Origin: Carpediemonas membranifera BICM | Lineage: Eukaryota; Protista; Fornicata | Length of the DNA: 64,000 nucleotides | Reading direction: 5' to 3' | NCBI GenBank assembly: GCA_019828565.1 | Contig: JAHDYR010000012.1 | Span: 434,001-498,000, forward strand | Shown here: piece by piece, positions 50,756-57,615 of the stretch | Position numbering within the stretch: position 1 is the stretch's first letter | Layout of the letters: each line of letters begins with the position of its first letter | Made by a program: the position numbers and the translations under genes | The notes under the pieces: model-generated | The model's database searches: none | The model's input: only the letters and a program-made list of their open reading frames with translations | Told to the model about the DNA's origin: nothing

Positions 50756-53431
50756 TTAAAAGTGGGGCCCGAGAAGGCTGAGGTTCATCCTCCTGGTGAG
50801 GTCCTCGTTTGTTCTGATGGCGTCAGCGACATAGCTGCGGAGGGAGGTGACGTCCTTCCATGTGCCCATTGAGAGGATCACCTCCAGCGGGACTCCTGAT
50901 AGAGCCATCTCCGACGCTGCCCCCTTACGGAAGCTGTGGAGACCCGTCCGTGGACCGAACAACGCCTTCACGACTCGTCGGAGGTGTGCGGCTGTGAGCG
51001 GTTTGTCTCTGCTCAGGCGCCCGTTGACTATGACTCGCCAGATGGGGGTGTCATCAGCCAGGTAGTGTGTGCCCTCGACCCAGCGTCTAAGTGCCAAGGC
51101 CGGGTTGAAGGCGGCTGATAGCCATACGTATGGTACGCGCTTCTTAACTCCCGTTAGGATGGTCTTGGTCCGCTGAATGTGTAGGAGAATGTCGCCGTTC
51201 TTGAGTAGCTCCAGGTCGGCCGGGCATAGGGAGAGTATCTCGATGCCTCTGGACACCGTCAGATAGGCGACTGCCCCAAAGAGACATGCCTGATATGACT
51301 CAAAGTCGTCACTCCGGCGCCCCAGTGCCTCGATCATCTCAGCCTTGGTGATGGCGCGCGAGCCGCCGGTAGTTCCCGCCGTGCTGGCGCCCTTAGCCGC
51401 CTGCTTAACGATGTACTTGGAGTTGGCGGGCGGATGCCAGTCTTTGAGGAACTCCTGTAGCTGAACAATCCAGTAGCCCTTCCTCGCCACGTTCGATGGC
51501 CCGCAGAAGGAGCCTTCGTCCTTGAGGAAGGCTACAAGCTGGTCTCGATCCGACAGGCTGCGATCGCGAGAGCCTTCGAACCTGGCCACCCAGCCGGCCA
51601 CCGTCCGAGCAGACGCGTGATTAAGGTGAATCACTCTGTCCGACCTGAGGACTCTGTGGAAAACGTCCTGAACGCCATCACATTGAACCGTAGGCGTCCT
51701 CTGTCCTGTAGGTGAAGTAGGTGGGCCAGATCTGAGCTCGAAGCCGGGACGGAGAGACGGAGTTTCCAGGACGTCCAACTCTTGAGGAGTCTCATCTCCG
51801 GCGCTTGAACCTCTGGGTAGAGGAGAAAGACTGCTGAGGTCCAAGACCTCGGGTGTCCAGTCTGAGTCTGAACTCTCGCTGTCGCTATCTTCTGGACTAT
51901 GGCTGCCATAGACGAATTGGGGGCCCAGAGGACGCGACATCCAAGCCTTACGTCTACGTCCGCTGAGACTGTCTGGACTGGACCCCACTCCGCGAGGACA
52001 GATTCCATGCTGGACTCCAGAGAGGAAGGGAGTCGTGAGAAGCCTCTGGACAGCCGATCTGCTGCCAGGTTGATGATGCCCGGAGTGTGTAGTCCACGGA
52101 GTGTCAGGTTCCGGTCCTCCGCCTCCTTCTGGATCTGGGCTAGAATGTGCAGGGCCTGAGGTGGAGCCTTCGTAGACCCCGCCTTGTTGAGCCAGGCCAG
52201 AGCTGATGTGTTGTCTGAGAAGATCGATAGCTCGCGTTGGGAACTCTGTCTGCCGATCAGACGGATGCCCTGTAGGATTCCCGCGAGCTCCTTCACGTTG
52301 ATAGATTCTGCTCTTAGTTCTGGAGTGAACGTGCCCGAGGCTGAGGTCCCATACTCGCCGTGCACGGCTGCTCCCCACTTGACTCCAGATGCGTCTGTCG
52401 ATACGACGAGGTCTAAGGAGGGGTGAGTGCCCCAAAGCGACTGAAGTTCTCTGATGTCTCGGACTGGGCGCTCTCTTAGCAGTAGCAGCCACTCTTGCAG
52501 TAGCTCCTTGGAGAGTGGGTCCTGTTGAAGGTGTCTCAGCCGGAGGAAAGCCCCGTGGGCGGTTGTAGCGAAGTAAGTCAGTCTCCCGAGGATCTTGGCC
52601 CAAGTCTCCTGATCGATGGTCTTGCCTGCCAGAGCCTGATGAATGTGAGAGGAGTAACGTTTGGCCTTGTCCGCCGGGAGGCGTATTGTAAAACTCGCGG
52701 AGTCTATCACGAGCCCCAGATAGACCAATGACTGAGTCGGTGCCCATTCTGACTTCTCCTCTGAGGTGAGGACACAGAGGTCGGCTAGAGTCCGCCTGAT
52801 GCGCGGCACCGCCCTCCTCAGGATTTCTCGGTCGCGGTGAAATAAGAGGAAGTCGTCGAGGTAGACAACGATGGTAAGACCCGTCCGAAGGGCTAGTATC
52901 TTGGCGAGTTGGTTGGTGATCGTCTGAAACACGAACGGCGATGCGCGCCAGCCGAAGCCTAGCACTCTGTACTGAAACGCTCGTCCGTCTGGAAGATAGA
53001 CTCCTAGCAGCTTGCGGTCCTCCTTCCGTACTGGTACTTGATGGTACCCGGACTTGAGGTCGAACTTGACCATCCAGTCGCCCCTCTGGAGAAGGGAGAG
53101 AGCTCTGCGCAGACCGTAGAGCCGGAAGGATGAGCGCTCTGCCGAGCAGTCGTTCAGTATCGTGAGGTTGTGAATGATCCTCTTCGACTCGCCCTTCGGC
53201 ACAGTAAACAGCGAGGCGGTGTGTCGCAGGGAAGAGGGATTCACTTGCTCTATGACGCCTGTCTCTATCAAGGAAGGAATCTGCTGGACAATGAATGGGT
53301 CGACTGTCGGCTGTTGCCTTGGTGCTGGTGGTTGACTTCTCAGACGGATCTCGACCCCGTATCGTAACCAGTTGATCACCCGTTGTGATGCTCCCAACCT
53401 CTGCCACTCCCTCCACGCCGCGTTCATGCAT
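50756..53431 (-). CDS. Tyrosine recombinase ORF, overlapping the RT ORF in another frame
   Basis: Catalytic residues R (VSRGIE), K (RTKT), HSFRKG, W (GTW) and Y (LRSY) in the C-terminal third. Frame is open from 53506; first ATG at 53431. Confidence 0.88.
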   Translation of the reverse strand: MHERGVEGVAEVGSITTGDQLVTIRGRDPSEKSTTSTKATADSRPIHCPADSFLDRDRRHRASESLFPATHRLAVYCAEGRVEEDHSQPHDTERLLGRALILPALRSAQSSLPSPEGRLDGQVRPQVRVPSSTSTEGGPQAARSLSSRRTSVSVQSARLRLARIAVRVSDDHQPTRQDTSPSDGSYHRCLPRRLPLISPRPRNPEEGGAAHQADSSRPLCPHLRGEVRMGTDSVIGLSGARDRLREFYNTPPGGQGQTLLLSHSSGSGRQDHRSGDLGQDPRETDLLRYNRPRGFPPAETPSTGPTLQGATARVAATAKRAPSPRHQRTSVALGHSPLLRPRRIDRRIWSQVGSSRARRVWDLSLGHVHSRTKSRIYQREGARGNPTGHPSDRQTEFPTRAIDLLRQHISSGLAQQGGVYEGSTSGPAHSSPDPEGGGGPEPDTPWTTHSGHHQPGSRSAVQRLLTTPFLSGVQHGICPRGVGSSPDSLSGRRRKAWMSRPLGPQFVYGSHSPEDSDSESSDSDWTPEVLDLSSLSPLPRGSSAGDETPQELDVLETPSLRPGFELRSGPPTSPTGQRTPTVQCDGVQDVFHRVLRSDRVIHLNHASARTVAGWVARFEGSRDRSLSDRDQLVAFLKDEGSFCGPSNVARKGYWIVQLQEFLKDWHPPANSKYIVKQAAKGASTAGTTGGSRAITKAEMIEALGRRSDDFESYQACLFGAVAYLTVSRGIEILSLCPADLELLKNGDILLHIQRTKTILTGVKKRVPYVWLSAAFNPALALRRWVEGTHYLADDTPIWRVIVNGRLSRDKPLTAAHLRRVVKALFGPRTGLHSFRKGAASEMALSGVPLEVILSMGTWKDVTSLRSYVADAIRTNEDLTRRMNLSLLGPHF
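51631..53427 (-). CDS. Reverse transcriptase - RNase H of the YR retrotransposon
   Basis: KFDLKSGYHQV, LGFGWRASP, YLDDFL; RNase H motifs TDAS..W, INVKEL, SDNTSA, NLAADRLSR. Confidence 0.93.
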   Translation of the reverse strand: MNAAWREWQRLGASQRVINWLRYGVEIRLRSQPPAPRQQPTVDPFIVQQIPSLIETGVIEQVNPSSLRHTASLFTVPKGESKRIIHNLTILNDCSAERSSFRLYGLRRALSLLQRGDWMVKFDLKSGYHQVPVRKEDRKLLGVYLPDGRAFQYRVLGFGWRASPFVFQTITNQLAKILALRTGLTIVVYLDDFLLFHRDREILRRAVPRIRRTLADLCVLTSEEKSEWAPTQSLVYLGLVIDSASFTIRLPADKAKRYSSHIHQALAGKTIDQETWAKILGRLTYFATTAHGAFLRLRHLQQDPLSKELLQEWLLLLRERPVRDIRELQSLWGTHPSLDLVVSTDASGVKWGAAVHGEYGTSASGTFTPELRAESINVKELAGILQGIRLIGRQSSQRELSIFSDNTSALAWLNKAGSTKAPPQALHILAQIQKEAEDRNLTLRGLHTPGIINLAADRLSRGFSRLPSSLESSMESVLAEWGPVQTVSADVDVRLGCRVLWAPNSSMAAIVQKIATARVQTQTGHPRSWTSAVFLLYPEVQAPEMRLLKSWTSWKLRLSVPASSSDLAHLLHLQDRGRLRFNVMAFRTFSTESSGRTE

Positions 53432-53441
53432 GGAAAGAGGG

Positions 53442-53924
53442 TTAGGTGTGGGCTCTCTTGCCGGAGGATCCTGTCTGAGTGCGACCTCGGTCCTGAGCGC
53501 GGCCACCGCGGCGAAAATTAGCGTCGCGCTTATCGCCCTTAGACTTGGCGCGGGCCGCCAGTTCCAGGACCTCGTCGCGATCAGGCACGCCCTTCGCCTT
53601 GCAATAGTTCTCGAACCGCTCTGCAGTAGCGTCAGTGTACACGTCCTTGATTAGAAGGTACTGGATTCTTGCAAAGAGAATGTTCCCGATCTCCTTCATC
53701 TTTGCGCCGTTCTCGATCCTATTCATGGTCTTGTATACGAATCTGGCCTCATCTTCGAGGCCGAACCTCTTTGGCATCTCCAGGAACAGTGGACGGCGAG
53801 CTGCTTCTGCTTGCTGCTCCAAAATTGCTTCCGATTGTATCTTAACCAAGCGCTCCAGCTTCTCGATACGCTTGTTAAGCTCATCGGGACTGTCTTGCGG
53901 CGGCAGGTCTTCGTTATCAGACAT
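53442..53924 (-). CDS. Gag-like ORF1 of the YR retrotransposon
   Basis: 160-aa ORF starting right after repeat A1, with a coiled coil and an RG-rich C-terminus. Assignment is by position. Confidence 0.7.
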   Translation of the reverse strand: MSDNEDLPPQDSPDELNKRIEKLERLVKIQSEAILEQQAEAARRPLFLEMPKRFGLEDEARFVYKTMNRIENGAKMKEIGNILFARIQYLLIKDVYTDATAERFENYCKAKGVPDRDEVLELAARAKSKGDKRDANFRRGGRAQDRGRTQTGSSGKRAHT

Positions 53925-54162
53925 CCTGCCGATGCGTTTCGAAGTGTGACCTAAAGTGCACATTGATCGGCGCGCGCAGGTGCCAGTGATGGTCCTGTGA
54001 CAGGAGCCTGAGCGCAGCGAAGACGTCACTCTAGTGGTCAGTATGTCGGGTTTGAGGCACTGCTCGCTCCGAAATCTCCCTTTCGACTCTCCACTCAGTC
54101 ACAACGAACGCGAACGCGAATAACGCGCAGATCACGCTCAAAGTACAGAAACAACATCAGTA

Positions 54163-56790
54163 TTAGTGGTTGAGGCCATTAGCCTCAGCTTGACGGTGCG
54201 CAGCATCCGCCTGGCGCATGAACGCATGGAACACATGAACTTGCTGCCGCATACAGGCCATCATGACCGCGTCGGCAATCTGCCCAACAGTTTCGGCATC
54301 AAGGCCCAAAACGTCGCGCATCTCATCGGTCCATCCTCTCCCATGCACAGCACCAACACCACCACTCTGGCGAACGACCACGGGAATAACCCGGACGTTC
54401 CAGTTGGCGTACTGCTCCTTCTTGCTCCGCATAGATGCAGACGCGTGATTGCTCACCACTACGTCAAGCACAACGGGTTCGGTATGGCCCGGTCTGGTCA
54501 AGAGGAGGTCCGCCCGCGCCTTGACCCGTTTGGTCCGGTCCACAGTCCACTCGCTGCCCCGTCCGAGCCAATGCTCAACTCTTACGCGCCAGGGGTGCCC
54601 GCGCAGCAGTTTGGCGAGCGTGTCGCGAATTTGGTCGTGCCGCTCCGATCCCAGCCCCTCCCTCAGGAAGGGACAGGTAAGAGAATGCTCGGCTGAGCAG
54701 GGGACAGACCGGTGGTTAACACTACGGGCCAGGCATAGCGGACAGACGTCGTGGCCTGTCTCAAAGGCAGGAAGGCCGACATGGTTGCGAAGCATCGGTG
54801 CAGCACCCTCGTCACAGGGGTTACGACCCATAGCGGCTGGATCAGCCGCGAGTAGAGACCTGATCACGTTTGGCGAGTCGACTGAAACAGTCAGTTGGCT
54901 GGAAATGTTATCCTGCAGGAGGCGTACCAACTTCTTCTGCGTGCTCTCGAGTGAGAGCTTTCTGACATCGCCATATGATGTCGGCCAATCCTTGGGCGTC
55001 GCGGCGAGAGCCGGGATGCATGGCAGTGCGTCTTGGATGAGAGCCTCGGGCCTTTCGACCTTCAGCTCTATGAGTTGTCGTGCGGCACCCAGATAGGCTG
55101 GGGCCCACACAACAGAGGGCATGGCCAATCCGAGCCCGCCTTGACTGACCGGCAGACAGAGCCTTGCGGCGAAGTCCTTGTCAGTCTCTGCGCTGGACTG
55201 GAGCAGCTTCAGGATGGCGGGGACCACCTTCTGCTGTTCGAAGTCCAGTTGCGACTCGAACATGTCACCCCCGCCCGGCGAAACATTGCGGAAGAAGTGC
55301 TCCCACTTGGTGAGGGCACACAGTTTCGTCACTAGGAGGGCAGGGGCGACGGCTTCCGCGCCAATGTCAGAGACCATCGATGCAGCAGCGTCAAGCAGCT
55401 CCATAACCTTGCGGTTAGCAGAGCCTAGCTCCCGCATGATGTGCGTGGCGGAGCCGATTGGAACACCAACCAGCTTGGTATCGCGTCTCCGTGGGACGCC
55501 ACCAGTTGTGTTGCCGTCAACGACATCCTTATGGGCTAGCACGCACTTGGCACGGTTGAGGCGGAGGCCAACCTCGTTGAACTTCTGAGCGGCGAGTTCT
55601 GTGAGATTGTTGGCCTCACGGCCGACCCCAGGCGACTGTAGCGGGCGGGTAGTGGTGGCTACAATGTCATCCTGGTAGGCACGGATGCACCACCCAGGGA
55701 AAGCCTCGCGCAAGACGTCCAGAATGGGCTTAACGCCTAAGCTGAAAAGAATTGGCGAGAGCGGGTCCCCTTGGTGAATGCCTTCAGCCGACCTCATGGT
55801 GATGCCGGAGGTAGAGAAAAGTAAGCCCCGTCGGTACATGGTCGACAGGTATGGGATGAGCGCCGGCATGTAGGCCGCCACCACCTTCATGGCGAAGGCC
55901 CTCGACAAGCATCCATAGGCGTTGGAAAGGTCGAGTGTGAGCACTGTACCGCCACTTCGGTAGACTGCACTCACCTCCTCTCCCAACCTCTCCAAGCCGC
56001 ACTTCTCACCTACTCCGAACTGGTCCTTCAGGGCACGATCGACGTCAACCAGCCGCTTACGGACGGACCAGGCGAGTGCCTTTGCCGCCACACGGCGAAT
56101 AGAGTCGCCGATCGCGACCCCTCGGACCTTCCCTTCACCTTTCGGCACAGGGACGAGAATGCAATGACTGAACACATCAGTGTAAGCTTCTCCGTTCAGG
56201 ATGTCCTGAACCAGCGGGAGCAGAGCCTGGACTAGTTCGCGCCTTGATGTCTTGTAGGCGATCTTCAGGTGAAGGAACGATAGCCCGGAGGGCCCCGGGG
56301 CCGCCTCAGACTTGAGTGTGTTGAGGATGGTCTTCAGAGTCTTAGAGGAAACTTCGACACACTGCAGGGGGTTCTCGGGGACGTCTCGCATGGGGACGTC
56401 GGGACAAAGCCCGTTGAACCCAACCTGGAGGTCCCGCAGTTGAGCGTCGATTTCAGTCGGTGTCAGGTCAGTCTCATTGGCTACCATGGACGTGGCGGCC
56501 TTCGAGACAAACCCGTGGCGAATCAGGTTCAGCGTCCGACGCCACTTGCTCGCGCTAGCGCGTCGTCCGCCTCGGTCCGACGGCGGTGCGTACAGCGTCT
56601 TGGGGTAGTCTACAACCTTAAGAGCCTCAGCCCGCTTGGCGTCGTCACCTGTCGCGTTGTTCACCTCCCTCAATCGTTCAATAAGGCCTCGTGTGAACTT
56701 CTCGCGCCCGCGCTTGGGCGGAGCGATCTTTCCGAGGAACAAGGCCTGACCCGGGGGAAGGAAGACATCGGGTCGATGAGCAGGGGTAGT
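54163..56790 (-). CDS. RT + CCHC + restriction-like endonuclease (copy 1); start unresolved
   Basis: APGPSG, KVRGVAIGD, QFGVG, LDLSNAY, GIHQGDPLSP, AYQDD, GGLGL, CPLC..H..C, RHD, RADL, LDVVVS, KKEQY. Confidence 0.9.
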   Translation of the reverse strand, partial: TTPAHRPDVFLPPGQALFLGKIAPPKRGREKFTRGLIERLREVNNATGDDAKRAEALKVVDYPKTLYAPPSDRGGRRASASKWRRTLNLIRHGFVSKAATSMVANETDLTPTEIDAQLRDLQVGFNGLCPDVPMRDVPENPLQCVEVSSKTLKTILNTLKSEAAPGPSGLSFLHLKIAYKTSRRELVQALLPLVQDILNGEAYTDVFSHCILVPVPKGEGKVRGVAIGDSIRRVAAKALAWSVRKRLVDVDRALKDQFGVGEKCGLERLGEEVSAVYRSGGTVLTLDLSNAYGCLSRAFAMKVVAAYMPALIPYLSTMYRRGLLFSTSGITMRSAEGIHQGDPLSPILFSLGVKPILDVLREAFPGWCIRAYQDDIVATTTRPLQSPGVGREANNLTELAAQKFNEVGLRLNRAKCVLAHKDVVDGNTTGGVPRRRDTKLVGVPIGSATHIMRELGSANRKVMELLDAAASMVSDIGAEAVAPALLVTKLCALTKWEHFFRNVSPGGGDMFESQLDFEQQKVVPAILKLLQSSAETDKDFAARLCLPVSQGGLGLAMPSVVWAPAYLGAARQLIELKVERPEALIQDALPCIPALAATPKDWPTSYGDVRKLSLESTQKKLVRLLQDNISSQLTVSVDSPNVIRSLLAADPAAMGRNPCDEGAAPMLRNHVGLPAFETGHDVCPLCLARSVNHRSVPCSAEHSLTCPFLREGLGSERHDQIRDTLAKLLRGHPWRVRVEHWLGRGSEWTVDRTKRVKARADLLLTRPGHTEPVVLDVVVSNHASASMRSKKEQYANWNVRVIPVVVRQSGGVGAVHGRGWTDEMRDVLGLDAETVGQIADAVMMACMRQQVHVFHAFMRQADAAHRQAEANGLNH

Positions 56791-56810
56791 GGGAGGTGCT
56801 GATGGCGGGG

Positions 56811-57383
56811 TTAGGGGAAACCAACCGCCGAAACGTGAGCTGCCGTGTCTGCCTGGACCTCTTCGTCAACAGGCTGCGATGACAGACCCTCGTCGTCCGT
56901 CGCGATCTCTACTGCAGAGGGAGGGACATTTGCAGCGGTCTCTGGACGCATAGCGTTGTCTCGTATCGTGCAGGCGATAATCGCAATGGACTTGGGGGCT
57001 GTGTTTGCAGAACGCAACGAAGTTGCCGTTGGCAGCGCCTGTGTGGTGATGCTGTGGGCCTTAAGGAGGTCCTTGAAGCTGTCAGCAATCGCCTTCAGGG
57101 CTTTCACGGTAAAGCGTACGATGTGTTTGTTCTGGACGTCGCGCATGAGCTCGACAACCGCAGTTTCAGAGCACAATGTGTTGAACACCGTGTCCGTATC
57201 ACACCACAGTCTGTCAATTAGGCTTATGTCGACGAACTTCGCGTAGGTGCTATGAACTTCGGTAAGAAGAGCACGAACATCCTCGGCGAAGACGCTTTCG
57301 CGCCATACGAGTCTCGTACGTCGTCGAGTCACCATCTGGCCTCCAGGATCAGCCTGGGGCACAGAAAATGACGACATTTCCAT
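56811..57383 (-). CDS. ORF1 or N-terminal part of the non-LTR protein (copy 1)
   Basis: About 190-aa ORF identical between copies; may be continuous with the RT frame. Confidence 0.7.
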   Translation of the reverse strand: MEMSSFSVPQADPGGQMVTRRRTRLVWRESVFAEDVRALLTEVHSTYAKFVDISLIDRLWCDTDTVFNTLCSETAVVELMRDVQNKHIVRFTVKALKAIADSFKDLLKAHSITTQALPTATSLRSANTAPKSIAIIACTIRDNAMRPETAANVPPSAVEIATDDEGLSSQPVDEEVQADTAAHVSAVGFP

Positions 57384-57385
57384 TT

Positions 57386-57397
57386 CGGGAGGGAGCA
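57386..57397 (+). repeat. 12-bp copy of the tRNA-Thr 3' end (putative target-site duplication)
   Basis: CGGGAGGGAGCA, identical to 48181-48192. Confidence 0.9.
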
Positions 57398-57427
57398 TCG
57401 TTTATTGCCTTTTGGACGAACTGTATT

Positions 57428-57475
57428 GCGAGCGGCGAGGCGCAGCCGAGCTTCGCGAGCCTGAGCGCAGCGAAG
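57428..57475. repeat. Invariant 48-nt motif (subfamily B copy 2)
   Basis: Identical to 48224-48271. Confidence 0.92.
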
Positions 57476-57615
57476 ACGTCACTCTAGTGGTCAGTATGTC
57501 GGGTTTGAGGCACTGCTCGCTCCGAAATCTCCCTTTCGACTCTCCACTCAGTCACAACGAACGCGAACGCGAATAACGCGCAGATCACGCTCAAAGTACA
57601 GAAACAACATCAGTA

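Larger units (their letters stand above)
50305..54005 (-). mobile_element. Ngaro/PAT-like tyrosine-recombinase (DIRS-order) retrotransposon with split direct repeats
   Basis: Sense order is A1 (54005-53925), ORFs, B1 (50601-50543), A2 (50544-50464), spacer, B2 (50363-50305). A is 81 bp and B is 59 bp, both identical between copies. Encodes gag-like, RT-RNase H and YR ORFs. Confidence 0.93.
50246..57385 (-). mobile_element. Subfamily B RLE non-LTR retrotransposon, copy 1, interrupted near its 3' end by a YR retrotransposon
   Basis: ORF1 at 56811-57383 and RT-RLE frame at 54163-about 56790. The 3' 48-nt motif is split into 50276-50306 and 54004-54022. Confidence 0.92.

Noticed and set aside
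54023-54162. tRNA-like or hammerhead ribozyme in the subfamily B 3' UTR (tagtggtcagtat resembles an A box)
   Set aside because: No B box or cloverleaf, and no CTGANGA/GAAA core in the right arrangement.
56806-56818. TTAGGG telomere-like hexamer in each non-LTR copy
   Set aside because: Single occurrence per copy, inside coding sequence and not at the junctions.
57386-57475. 48-nt motif plus tRNA-complementary 12-mer read as the LTR and primer-binding site of an LTR retrotransposon
   Set aside because: There is no TGG complement of CCA and no integrase or protease, and the RT is of the non-LTR RLE type. The same 12-mer is the real tRNA end at the array border, so target duplication is more parsimonious.
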